A stretch of 64,000 bases of DNA, taken from Thermodesulfobacteriota bacterium (GTDB lineage: Bacteria > Desulfobacterota > Desulfobacteria > Desulfobacterales > SURF-7). Position 1 is the first letter of the stretch. Each line of letters opens with the position of its first letter. The position numbers and the translations under genes were made by a program. Below, one piece after another: positions 9,439-20,889 of this stretch. Where the stretch lies: NCBI GenBank assembly GCA_049320885.1, contig JBMORA010000046.1, positions 15,653 to 79,652 of the forward strand, written 5' to 3'. The notes below the pieces were generated by a model. It was given only the letters and a program-made list of their open reading frames with translations, had not been told where the DNA came from and made no database searches.

Positions 9439-10131
9439 TCAGGAATCAAACAAATATTCCAAGGAATTCAGGCCGTCGCCGATTTCAACCGTCAGCATCT
9501 GGGCCAGGGCGTTGAGGATGATGATGGCGTTTTTGTCCGCATCCTTTCCGGCCACATCCTCGGTGCGCTTCAGAATGCCGTGGTTGACCTCCTGGACCCT
9601 GGCATAATGATCATCCAGCTTGGTGAGTTCCAGGTCGGGGGTATGCCCCTTTTTATGCTCAAAATACTGGCGCAGCAGGTAAATGGAGGTGGAACGGAAG
9701 ACGGTTTCGTCGATGGTGGAAAACGGCAGATGGAAACGGGCCATGGGCTTAAAAAAATTCATCACCGGGCAGTTGCTGGTGGCCATGATGATGCCGAAAA
9801 TGGAAAACAGGCCTTCCTGAATCGCCGTTTGCTTCAAATAGGTTCTCTCCGGGGTGACCACTTTCACCAGGCAGCTGTCCGAGGAAATGGCATCCTTGAA
9901 TTCATTCACCAGGCCCGCGATATTGACGGCAATGGGACAGTCCGGGTGGGTGGAGGGCGAAAGCGGGCAGCAGGAACACTGGTGATGTTCGAGTCTGGTC
10001 CAGGCCGGTTTCGGGCCTGTATCCGGCAATCGTACCGTAATGGTTTGCGCATCCAGGGACAATTCGAAATTCTTGGTGCTTCCGTCATCAAAACGGAACT
10101 CGTATTGAAATGTATGGGGCAGTTCGGCCAT
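9439..10131 (-). CDS. Conserved Cys-containing hypothetical protein (DUF6901-like)
   Basis: WTRL..HQCxCCPL...CP and MARFHLPF motifs, recalled from a conserved family. Confidence 0.6.
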   Translation of the reverse strand: MAELPHTFQYEFRFDDGSTKNFELSLDAQTITVRLPDTGPKPAWTRLEHHQCSCCPLSPSTHPDCPIAVNIAGLVNEFKDAISSDSCLVKVVTPERTYLKQTAIQEGLFSIFGIIMATSNCPVMNFFKPMARFHLPFSTIDETVFRSTSIYLLRQYFEHKKGHTPDLELTKLDDHYARVQEVNHGILKRTEDVAGKDADKNAIIILNALAQMLTVEIGDGLNSLEYLFDS

Positions 10132-10203
10132 TCTCCCTCTCTTTGCTGGTTACTTTCGAATCCAACTTATATGGAAATATGGCAGCAGTGTCAACCCAGG
10201 CAT

Positions 10204-11799
10204 TCAAACCGCCCCATTCCCGGCGATCTGCAGGGCCCGCCGGTGAATGCGGTCCCGTTTTTCCCGCAGCTGCCTGGTCATGCCGATGGCATTCTGGTTT
10301 TCATGGATTTCCCGGGTGAAATCCGGACCGAGTTTCCTACGGGTATCCCTACTCCGGCTGATCCCTTCCTGCACGGCCCTGGAATGGGTCAGGTCGCCCG
10401 GGTCATAGGCCGGATCGAAATAGGGGTCGCCGGGACGGGAAAGCCCGTCATACAAGGTCTTGCCCACGGACCGGTATCCGGCGGGCGGCGGCTCGTCCGC
10501 GCAACCGATCATGAAAACCCCGGTTTCGGCATTCACGAACCAGTCGATCAGCCCCGGCAGGGATTGTTTCATTTTGTCATCCAGACAGATCTTCATGGTC
10601 TCGACGACATTTTCCGGGGCCTCCGGAGAGGCGTCATGGAAATAACAGGCTTTGTAGGCCGTCTCCAGGGCCCGACGGTGGCCGATGAAGGCGCTGCCGG
10701 CGCCATACAGCGTCCGGTCTTCCGCAAGCCCGTACTGTTTTCGCAGACGTTCCGCCTTCAACACATCCTCCGGCCGGTAGTTGTCCTCCAGCACGATTTT
10801 GATCTCCCGGCCCTGGTCCTGAAGCACGGTCAGATCATGCATGCCCAGTTTCAAGGTGTCGCCGCTGTCCGGACGTTCGGCAAAGGGTTGTGGATAGCCT
10901 TCCTCGATGACCTCCTGCAGCTCCTGGAAGCCGAGCTCATGCCGGTAGACATCCAGGAGCACGGTGCTGTAAGGCCCCAGCGGGGAACCCAGCAGCACCC
11001 GCAGGGCTTCCTTGAGGGTGTCGAATTGCTGATAATAGCAATGCCCGGTGGTGCCGGACGGTTTGAAAGGAGCGCCGTTGACAAAGGCGCCCAGATCGTT
11101 GGAGGTTGAGATGATCCCTCCGCCGATGAGGATGGCCAGCAGGACGTCATCCGCCTCTTCCTTGTTGTGCAGGGCCCGGAACATGACATCGATGAACCGC
11201 CACGGATCTCCCAGGATCGTTGCGAACTGCGCGGCGATGGTGGCGATATGGGACAGATGACCGATCTGGATGTACAAGGGCTCGTTCAGCCAGACCGCCG
11301 GGGTTTCGCCGGAAATCTGGGCCATGGGAAACGGGACCCCCGTGAAGGTGACGCCTTCACCCGGATATTCGATCCGCAGCGGCAGATATCCGTCGAAATC
11401 CTCCACCACATGATACCAGTACTCCTTGTTGAACTGCCGGGGAAACTGGTTGTGATGACCGGCAAGGTAATCCGCCACCAGATCCACTTCTTCCCGGGTG
11501 ATCCGATGGCTCAGAAACTCCAGCCATTTCCAATAACCGGCCCCCACGGTAAAGCCGCCGATCTGCTTCCGGACGACGACATGCTGAGCGGCATACCGCT
11601 TGCAGGGCAACCTGGCCATGAAATGCTCATAATTGTCGCTCAGCACCAGGGGCATCATGCCGCCCACAAGCTTTTTCAGCCACTGGTCCAGTTTCTGGAA
11701 TTCCCTGAATGCCGTCGGCAGCCTTTCCAGACCCTCCAGTTCGAGCAGTTTTTGGATTCTCAGGCGGTTTCTTGCGCCGTATTCGCGGTAGGTTTTCAT
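10204..11799 (-). CDS. Divergent nicotinate/nicotinamide phosphoribosyltransferase-family protein
   Basis: LSDNY, TSND, SGTTGH, LLDVY, RPDSGD, YGAGS, AYK and KQSLPG occur in the order of the NAPRT/NAMPT motifs. Confidence 0.75.
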   Translation of the reverse strand: MKTYREYGARNRLRIQKLLELEGLERLPTAFREFQKLDQWLKKLVGGMMPLVLSDNYEHFMARLPCKRYAAQHVVVRKQIGGFTVGAGYWKWLEFLSHRITREEVDLVADYLAGHHNQFPRQFNKEYWYHVVEDFDGYLPLRIEYPGEGVTFTGVPFPMAQISGETPAVWLNEPLYIQIGHLSHIATIAAQFATILGDPWRFIDVMFRALHNKEEADDVLLAILIGGGIISTSNDLGAFVNGAPFKPSGTTGHCYYQQFDTLKEALRVLLGSPLGPYSTVLLDVYRHELGFQELQEVIEEGYPQPFAERPDSGDTLKLGMHDLTVLQDQGREIKIVLEDNYRPEDVLKAERLRKQYGLAEDRTLYGAGSAFIGHRRALETAYKACYFHDASPEAPENVVETMKICLDDKMKQSLPGLIDWFVNAETGVFMIGCADEPPPAGYRSVGKTLYDGLSRPGDPYFDPAYDPGDLTHSRAVQEGISRSRDTRRKLGPDFTREIHENQNAIGMTRQLREKRDRIHRRALQIAGNGAV

Positions 11800-11802
11800 A
11801 TT

Positions 11803-12585
11803 TCATTCCTCAACTTGCGGCGGGCCATCGATATCCGCCAGGCAGGGAAAATGATCCGACGGATACCGGCCATGACGCGAATCCCGGATGATGCGGGCAT
11901 TCCTGACCGCAAACGAGGAATCGACCAAAATCCAGTCCATTCTGGCAATCCCGGGCTTTCCGGTAAAACCGTGGTGCGTAAAACTCTCGCCGTCGTCACA
12001 GCCCGCCGCCGCCTGCCAGGTATCCAGCAGACGTGTCCGCGGCACAGTGAGCACCGCATGCACCCTGGATTTGGGATCATCGTTGAAATCTCCCAGCAGG
12101 ATGACGGGCCGCGGCTGTTGTTCCACCCAGTCCGCTATGATCCGCGCCTGTTGGTATCTCGCCTCAACCCCCATATGATCCAGATGCGTGACCGCCGCGG
12201 TCATGCGGCGGCCCGTGGCCGGCATAAGGATGTCCGCATGGCTGAGCATGCGGGGGAAGGCGCTGTCCCAGTCCTTGCTCAGATGCACATCCGGTGTTTT
12301 CGATAACCAGAAATCCTTCCCGCCTTCCGGGATGATCGCTGCTTTTTGAAAAAACAGCGTCGGACATTGGATGAAATCGTCCGGCTCACGGCCTGGAAGA
12401 AAAGCGTCATAGGTCACCAGATGGTCACACAAATACCGGATCTGGGACCACTTGCCTTCCTGGGTTCCCAGGATATCCGGCTGATAACGTTGAATAACAT
12501 CAACAACCATTTCCTTTCGGCGGGTCCAGGAATTGTCCCCGTCCCGGTCGTTTTCAAACCGCAGGTTGAATGTCATCAGTCGCAT
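11803..12585 (-). CDS. Endonuclease/exonuclease/phosphatase (EEP) family protein
   Basis: MTFNLR, GTQE, THLDH, GDFN, DWI and SDHFP motifs. Confidence 0.92.
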   Translation of the reverse strand: MRLMTFNLRFENDRDGDNSWTRRKEMVVDVIQRYQPDILGTQEGKWSQIRYLCDHLVTYDAFLPGREPDDFIQCPTLFFQKAAIIPEGGKDFWLSKTPDVHLSKDWDSAFPRMLSHADILMPATGRRMTAAVTHLDHMGVEARYQQARIIADWVEQQPRPVILLGDFNDDPKSRVHAVLTVPRTRLLDTWQAAAGCDDGESFTHHGFTGKPGIARMDWILVDSSFAVRNARIIRDSRHGRYPSDHFPCLADIDGPPQVEE

Positions 12586-12634
12586 GATCTCACTCGATAT
12601 TCCTCATACACAATATATAGACATGTTTTCACGC

Positions 12635-12663
12635 TTGACACACAAGATGTCTTTCCTTATATT
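12635..12663 (+). promoter_or_regulatory. Sigma70 promoter of minCDE
   Basis: TTGACA-N17-TATATT. Confidence 0.65.
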
Positions 12664-12748
12664 CATCGCAATTCGGCTCCCCGCTGTGCGACAGTGCAAT
12701 CAGCCCATGGCTGAGATGGCAATTCACCAGGGAATGTATTAAATTTAA

Positions 12749-13441
12749 ATGACTGAAATAATTGCAAATAAAAAGATAGCGAAGTTGAAGGGGGTGGGCG
12801 ACGGGCTCCGGGTGGTGATCGACCCTTCCCAGACAGTTGAATCGCTGCAACAGGAATTGAATCATATTTTCAAGCCCCTTCACCATCTTTCCATAAACGC
12901 CAGCGTCATTATCGATTCGGATGACGGTGCTGTCAATGAAGATTTGGTAAAGACCCTGGGAACATACTTAAAGGAAAACTTTAAGGTCGGCTCCGTTTCC
13001 GGGTTGCCGCCGAAACCATCCGCGAGAAAGGCAAGAATACGGCAAAAAGAAATGGAAACCTGCTGGAACAACAATCGCAGCGATGTTCTCATGATGACGG
13101 GTCGTGTCCGCTCCGGACAAAAAATCACCGCCAAAAGCCATCTGGTGCTGATGGGTGATGTCAACCCCGGGGGGGAGATGGTGGCCGGAGGGGATATCAT
13201 TGTTCTGGGAAGTCTGCGCGGGATTGCCGCGGCCGGCCAACCGGACCAGGACCAGGCCATTATTTTCGCATTGGATTTTCGTCCGACCCAGATCCAGATC
13301 GGGCTGCGGGTGGCGGCCGGCATGCCCACCACCGCCAAACAAAAACCGGAATTCGCCCATGTGGAAAACAGCGCCATTGTCGTGGATGATTATCTGGAAG
13401 CCACCCCGTTCAGCAAACTGCCATGGCCGGAAAGAAGATAA
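12749..13441 (+). CDS. minC: Septum site-determining protein MinC
   Basis: VRSGQ..GDVNPGGE..GSLRG..AAG beta-helix; upstream of minD. Confidence 0.93.
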   Translation: MTEIIANKKIAKLKGVGDGLRVVIDPSQTVESLQQELNHIFKPLHHLSINASVIIDSDDGAVNEDLVKTLGTYLKENFKVGSVSGLPPKPSARKARIRQKEMETCWNNNRSDVLMMTGRVRSGQKITAKSHLVLMGDVNPGGEMVAGGDIIVLGSLRGIAAAGQPDQDQAIIFALDFRPTQIQIGLRVAAGMPTTAKQKPEFAHVENSAIVVDDYLEATPFSKLPWPERR

Positions 13442-13509
13442 GGACTCCGGAGCAATATACTCTGTCTGGAATGATTGTTTCCATAAATCGAATGAAGATG
13501 AGGTGAACC

Positions 13510-14313
13510 GTGAACGGAAAAACCATCGTGATCACATCGGGAAAGGGAGGCGTTGGTAAATCCACGGCGACTGCGAACATCGGCGCCGCATTGGCCATGG
13601 AAGGCAAACGCGTTGCAGTGATCGATATGGATATCGGCCTGCGAAATCTGGATGTGCTGCTGGGTCTTGAGAATCGGATCGTGTACACGGTGGTGGACGC
13701 CGCCAAGGGACGATGCAAGATCAAACAGGCCGCCATCAAGGACAAAAAAATCGAAAACCTGTTTCTGATCCCCGCCTCCCAGAGCGACAACAAGGATGTG
13801 CTGTCCACGGCGGAAATCACCGCCCTCTGCGATAAACTCCGGAAGGAATTCGATTTCATCCTGTTGGATTGTCCGGCCGGAATCGAACGCGGGTTTGAGA
13901 ATTCCGTGGCGGCGGCGGATGAAGCGGTGGTGATCTGCACCCCCGAGGTATCGTCGGTCCGGGACGCGGACCGCGTCATCGGCCTGCTCTACTCGCGCTC
14001 CATCAACCCGAAGCTGGTTGTCAACCGTATCGTACCGGAAATGGTTGAAAAAGGAGATATGCTGAGCCATGAAGACGTCGTGGACATTCTCTCCATCGAT
14101 CTCATCGGCCTGGTTCCATTGGATGAAAAGGTGGTTATCTCCACCAACACCGGAGTGCCGCTGGTGACCCAAAAAGATTCGAAGGCCGGTGATGCCCTGA
14201 GACGGATCGCGCTCCGCCTGAACGGACAACCGGATCTTCCCATTCAAATTCCCACGGTGAAAAAAAGTTTCTGGAAAACCAAGATCTCTTTTAATTTCGG
14301 TGGGAAAAAATAA
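13510..14313 (+). CDS. minD: Septum site-determining ATPase MinD
   Basis: TSGKGGVGKS, DIGLRNLD, DCPAGIE and SSVRDADR motifs. Confidence 0.97.
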   Translation: MNGKTIVITSGKGGVGKSTATANIGAALAMEGKRVAVIDMDIGLRNLDVLLGLENRIVYTVVDAAKGRCKIKQAAIKDKKIENLFLIPASQSDNKDVLSTAEITALCDKLRKEFDFILLDCPAGIERGFENSVAAADEAVVICTPEVSSVRDADRVIGLLYSRSINPKLVVNRIVPEMVEKGDMLSHEDVVDILSIDLIGLVPLDEKVVISTNTGVPLVTQKDSKAGDALRRIALRLNGQPDLPIQIPTVKKSFWKTKISFNFGGKK

Positions 14314-14322
14314 GGAGACCCG

Positions 14323-14619
14323 ATGCTGAATGGATTTTTCGATCGCTTCATAGGAAAACATAAAAGCAAGGATATTGCGAAAAAAAGACTCCAGTTCGCC
14401 CTGATCTACGACAAACTGGATATTTCCGAAGATATCCTCTCCAACCTCCAGAAGGATATCATCGAAGTGGTGTCGCGCTACTTCATCATCGACACAAAAT
14501 CGCTGACCCTGGATATTCAGCGGGAGCAGAATCTCTCCGCCCTGGTGGTCAACACGCCGATCATCCGGGCGGTCAGAAGGGACGGTAAAGCCGGAGCCAA
14601 AGGCAAGGACCTGAAATAA
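14323..14619 (+). CDS. minE: Cell division topological specificity factor MinE
   Basis: [23 protein letters not shown]; follows minD. Confidence 0.93.
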   Translation: MLNGFFDRFIGKHKSKDIAKKRLQFALIYDKLDISEDILSNLQKDIIEVVSRYFIIDTKSLTLDIQREQNLSALVVNTPIIRAVRRDGKAGAKGKDLK

Positions 14620-14757
14620 GCCATCCCGTACCATTTCCGAAAGACCGTTCCCGCGTCAACCCAACGGTCTTTTCGGAAACCGGCCCCAGGGACCGCCGGG
14701 TCAGGGACCGGGCCGAGATATGGCGGCCCTTCAGCCGGTCCATCACCCAACTATTCA

Positions 14758-14786
14758 TTGACATACGGAGTTCCCTTGCATATAGT
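14758..14786 (+). promoter_or_regulatory. Sigma70 promoter of the hybrid kinase
   Basis: TTGACA-N17-TATAGT. Confidence 0.7.
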
Positions 14787-14870
14787 ACGATTATAAAAGG
14801 GAATTCTTCTTGCATTGCATCTCCTGCATTCTCCGCCGGCGCCATCAACCAAAACGGAAAAAGACAGCCC

Positions 14871-16724
<1,854 letters not shown>

Positions 16725-16805
16725 GATAGGACACTCCGATGTCCGGCCCTGAAAAATCCCGGCCGTCGTTGGAACCGCATCGTCGACAACAGAAAGGACC
16801 GACCC

Positions 16806-17336
16806 ATGTTCCCGGACGTTCACATCAAAAAAATCCTGTTCGCCACCGATCTATCCGAATACGCGCGCAAAGCCTTTGCCTACGCCGTCAATCTGGCTGA
16901 CCACTTCGGCGCGGGCATCACCATGCTGCATGTGGTCATGGACGGCCTGGACGATTTTCCCATGGCGCGCAGCTATGTCGGCAGGGAAAATCTGGAAAAA
17001 ATCCGGGACGAGCACCTTCAGGAAGCCAGGCAGGCCATGATCGGCAAAAGCCGGGAATTCGCTCCCCAGCGGAAAGCCATGACGCGGATTTGTGAAGAAG
17101 CCAAGGAAAAGATCGACACCATGACCTTCACGGCGGATGAAATCGTCGTCGTCACCGGCGACCCGGCGGAAGAAATCGTCCGGCAGTCCGTGGAAAGGAA
17201 TTGTGATATCATTGTCATGGGATCCCATGGACACGGCGGAATCATGGATGCCTGGCTTGGAAGCGTCTCCCTGGTGGTTCTGAAGCGATCCAAGAAACCG
17301 GTATTCATGGTCAGACTGGACGAACCGGCCCGCTGA
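16806..17336 (+). CDS. Universal stress protein
   Basis: KILFATDLS, IVMGSHG and LGSVS motifs. Confidence 0.93.
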   Translation: MFPDVHIKKILFATDLSEYARKAFAYAVNLADHFGAGITMLHVVMDGLDDFPMARSYVGRENLEKIRDEHLQEARQAMIGKSREFAPQRKAMTRICEEAKEKIDTMTFTADEIVVVTGDPAEEIVRQSVERNCDIIVMGSHGHGGIMDAWLGSVSLVVLKRSKKPVFMVRLDEPAR

Positions 17337-17370
17337 AGGCTGGCAGGCCGGAAATACCGCCATTGGATGA

Positions 17371-18930
17371 ATGCTCATGGAAAACAGCTCCCCGAAAGAG
17401 GCCCCCAAAAAAATCGGAAGATATGAAGTCCTGCGGCTCCTTGGAAAAGGCGGCATGAGCAAGGTCTACCAGGTCAGGGTTCCGATTTTGAATAAAATTG
17501 CCGCCCTGAAAGTGTTTGAACCCGGCCCCCATCTCGTGCGGGCCATGGGTCTGGAGCTGCTGCGCAGGCAATTCATCACCGAGGCGGCCATCATCGCCAA
17601 CCTGCGCCATCCCCATATTCTCGATGTCTGGAGCCTGGAGGAGGAAGGTCAAGCGCTTTTCTACCTGATGGAATTTTATTGCCATAATCTCGGCACGATC
17701 ATCGGGGAAACCTATTGGGTCGATGCACCGTCACGGATTATTCCGGTTGAAAAAACCGTCCAGTATATCGGCGAAACCCTTGCCGGGGTCGCGCGTCTCC
17801 ATCATGCCGGCATTGTTCATCGGGACATCAAGCCGTTCAACATCATGATCACGGACCAGGATACGGTCAAAATCGCCGATTTCGGCCTCTCCAAACGCCG
17901 GGGTGAACTGTCGCGACCATCCGGGTCCATGACCGGAACCCTTTCGTCCCCAACCGGCGGAGGGAAAGCGGAACCATCGTCTCCCGGACTGCCCGCGCCG
18001 ATCCCCCCGGAGATCTTCATCGGGACGAAACTGTATGCCGCTCCGGAACAGGAAACGGATCCGGAAGCGGTGGATGCGGCAACGGATCTCTATTCCGTGG
18101 GGGTCATGTGTTATCGATTGTTGACCGGCAGGCTGCCGGTCCACCCCGTCATTCCAGCCAGCAAATGGAATCCGATTCTGAATTCGGACTGGGATGATTT
18201 TCTGCTCAAGGCCGTTTCGTTGTTTCCCACGGACAGGTTTCCCAGCGCAACTGACATGGCGCACCGGCTTCAGGAACTTGATTCGGAATTCAGGGAAACC
18301 AGGGCGCACCACTGCCGGCTGTTACGGGACGATCCGATGAAAAACAGCCCTCCATCGCCGGGCGGGGGACCTTTTTCTGCGCCCACCTCTTTGACGGAAC
18401 AGCGGGAAGGGAGCGAATTTCCAAAGCCATTGCGATCAAAACCGGCGACCATCACGCATCAACAGGCCAGGGATTTTTTTCAATTGGATGAGTTATGGCG
18501 CCCCGGAAAGCCCATTTCCCGCCTACCGGAAGGATCGGTTTCAGCGGAAGCAACGACTGGACGGCTGACCATCATGGACACCCGCACCCGGCTTGTCTGG
18601 CAGCAATCCGGCTCGCCCTATCCCCTGAACCGGGAAGACGCCGACCGGTATGTCGACCGCCTCAATCAGGAAACATTCGACGGCCGTTCGGATTGGCGAA
18701 TGCCCACCGTCGACGAATTGCTTTCCATTCTCCGACCGGACGATACCGGGAATGATTTCTGCGCCGCCCCCGTTTTCAATCCGTTGCAGAAATGGATCTG
18801 GAGCGCGGACCGGAGATCCCGGCGGGCGGCGTGGTATGTGAACATGGAAATGGGTTTCGTGGCCGCCTTCGACATTTCCGGATTTTTTCACGTCCGGGCA
18901 GTGCGCGACCTGGATGCAAGCCCCCTGTGA
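17371..18930 (+). CDS. Ser/Thr protein kinase with C-terminal DUF1566 (Lcl-type) domain
   Basis: GKGG, ALK, HRDIKPFN, DFG and APE motifs; C-terminal TRLVWQ..DWRMPTVDEL..WS..AWYV..VRAVR. Confidence 0.9.
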   Translation: MLMENSSPKEAPKKIGRYEVLRLLGKGGMSKVYQVRVPILNKIAALKVFEPGPHLVRAMGLELLRRQFITEAAIIANLRHPHILDVWSLEEEGQALFYLMEFYCHNLGTIIGETYWVDAPSRIIPVEKTVQYIGETLAGVARLHHAGIVHRDIKPFNIMITDQDTVKIADFGLSKRRGELSRPSGSMTGTLSSPTGGGKAEPSSPGLPAPIPPEIFIGTKLYAAPEQETDPEAVDAATDLYSVGVMCYRLLTGRLPVHPVIPASKWNPILNSDWDDFLLKAVSLFPTDRFPSATDMAHRLQELDSEFRETRAHHCRLLRDDPMKNSPPSPGGGPFSAPTSLTEQREGSEFPKPLRSKPATITHQQARDFFQLDELWRPGKPISRLPEGSVSAEATTGRLTIMDTRTRLVWQQSGSPYPLNREDADRYVDRLNQETFDGRSDWRMPTVDELLSILRPDDTGNDFCAAPVFNPLQKWIWSADRRSRRAAWYVNMEMGFVAAFDISGFFHVRAVRDLDASPL

Positions 18931-18964
18931 CCCCTCCTCCCCAGAGCCGCCACCCGGCCCACCT

Positions 18965-20035
18965 TTATGCCGACAGGGATACGGCCTTGGAGTCCGACTT
19001 ATTCTCCAGCGCCGCGGAAATGAAGCGAAACGCTTCCACCCAGTAGCCCTGGGCGGTTTTTCCCATGAAGGTGCCGATATGGCCGCAGCCCGGAATCACC
19101 GCTTTGTAGACCTCGCCGGAAGGCGTGGCGATGTGTTGGGCCATGTTGAACAATTGAGGCGGCAAGGTGATATCATCGGTTTCTCCCACCAACAAGGCTA
19201 CCGGACACCGAATATGGCCCAAATCGACGATCCGGTCGCGGATGGCAAACTGTTTTTTCACCAGCTTATTGTCCTTGAACAACTCCTTGACCGCCTGAAG
19301 ATACCAGGCACCGGAAATATCCTGGGTGGTATCATACCAGGCCTTGAATTTCCGGTTGCGGCGCAGGAATTCATCATTCTTCAGATTACGCCATATATTC
19401 AGGTAATCACCGCAAAAACGGTCATAAAAATTCATCATTTTCCAGCCCAGGAGCATGTGCCCGCCCCAGAGGACCCCCCCGCCGGCCGCCACCAGCCCCG
19501 CATAAAAACTCATGGGGGTTGACTGCACCATTTCCTGGAGTTTGCCGCCCCCGGCCGTGAAATCCACCGGTGCGGCGCCCAGCAGCAGGGATTCCACCTG
19601 GTTGGGGAACAGTGCGGTATACATGGCCGACAACCACCCGCCCTGGCACAGCCCGATCAGATGCACGCTCGAGCCGATCCGTTCCACGCAGGCATTGAGA
19701 TAGTCAATCAATCGGGCGATATCGTCATTTCGCCGGGCATGGGTCGCACTTTTCCATTCTATGGCATACACTTCATTTTCCGTATAATCCAAACAGGTTC
19801 GAATCAAACTCTGATGGGGAGCTTCATAGTCGGCAATGCAGGAATGATGCCCGGCCTGGGGAGGCGATACCAGAATCGGCGGCAGGGCCTTCCGTGTTTT
19901 GCCGCTGCGGGAAAACCGGCGGAGGACGAAGGCATCGGTTTCCCATTCCGTTTCATTGGGACTGGACCAATCCGGATTTTCGTGATGCAGCACCTCTGAC
20001 CAGAATTTCATGGTATCCTGAAGCATCCACCACAT
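18965..20035 (-). CDS. Cys-nucleophile alpha/beta hydrolase (PHA depolymerase/synthase-like)
   Basis: PPQAGH, GLCQGG, GETDDIT and GHIG (Cys-Asp-His triad); AAGGGGG RBS before ATG 20035. Confidence 0.8.
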   Translation of the reverse strand: MWWMLQDTMKFWSEVLHHENPDWSSPNETEWETDAFVLRRFSRSGKTRKALPPILVSPPQAGHHSCIADYEAPHQSLIRTCLDYTENEVYAIEWKSATHARRNDDIARLIDYLNACVERIGSSVHLIGLCQGGWLSAMYTALFPNQVESLLLGAAPVDFTAGGGKLQEMVQSTPMSFYAGLVAAGGGVLWGGHMLLGWKMMNFYDRFCGDYLNIWRNLKNDEFLRRNRKFKAWYDTTQDISGAWYLQAVKELFKDNKLVKKQFAIRDRIVDLGHIRCPVALLVGETDDITLPPQLFNMAQHIATPSGEVYKAVIPGCGHIGTFMGKTAQGYWVEAFRFISAALENKSDSKAVSLSA

Positions 20036-20402
20036 ATTTTCCCCCTTGTCTGTTGTGTTGAGACGAATAAAAACATCAATCCCGAATTCAAACATATTTT
20101 TTATTTGCAAACATTGTTTACTTAGCGACCCAAAAAAATGGCCTTTCGGCCTTTGTCCTGTTATCTCATCAAGCAAATTTAATGCCAGGTTAAAATTTAG
20201 GTTATTAGTATTTTTTTCGGTATGTTATTCTTTTTATTCGGCGTTCTGGGAAGTTTTTTTCTTGTCCATTGTGAAAATACCTCCCTAGTTGTCGCGATAA
20301 AAAATTTTGACAGGTCCAATTCCATGAGGTAAAAAAAACCAGCTGGGAATTGAAAAACAGGAAACTCACGTCCAACTCGAAACAGCCGCAAAGCGAGGCC
20401 GT

Positions 20403-20855
20403 ATGACAAAACAGCGAGAACCAGGCGTGGAGCGCCGGAAACACGAACGGATTTTCCTTCACAAGGACGCTTTTGCCGTCATCAAACCCGGCACCAACCG
20501 GCTGCTCGTTCCGGTGCTGGATATCAGCCTGGGAGGGCTGGCATTCCAATATACGGACAAATTGAAATGGCGCGACAATGCCATTCGCATCGATCTGATC
20601 ATCCCGGACGAAGAGTTTTACCTCCAGGGACTGCCGGTAAAACGAATCGTGGATATGGAAATCATCCGGACAATGGCTTCCGGGAAAAGCAACCTGCGAA
20701 AACAGTCGTTGCAGTTTGCCGACCTGTCCTCGATGCAATCCTCATGGCTCGATCATTTCATCAGCCAATATCGGAAGCCCCGTTACACCGGTCCTGAAAG
20801 GCGATCGGCCCCGGAAGATCGCCGAAGCGGCCTGGACCGCCGGATCTTGAAATAA
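20403..20855 (+). CDS. PilZ-domain protein
   Basis: ERRKHER (RxxxR) and DISLGG (DxSxxG). Confidence 0.85.
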   Translation: MTKQREPGVERRKHERIFLHKDAFAVIKPGTNRLLVPVLDISLGGLAFQYTDKLKWRDNAIRIDLIIPDEEFYLQGLPVKRIVDMEIIRTMASGKSNLRKQSLQFADLSSMQSSWLDHFISQYRKPRYTGPERRSAPEDRRSGLDRRILK

Positions 20856-20889
20856 AGCCTTCCCGGCCGCCGACACGGCGGCGGGAGGT

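Noticed and set aside
9232..12306. Long plus-strand ORFs 9232-11109 and 11167-12306
   Set aside because: Antisense to minus-strand genes with clear motifs, and have no motifs of their own.
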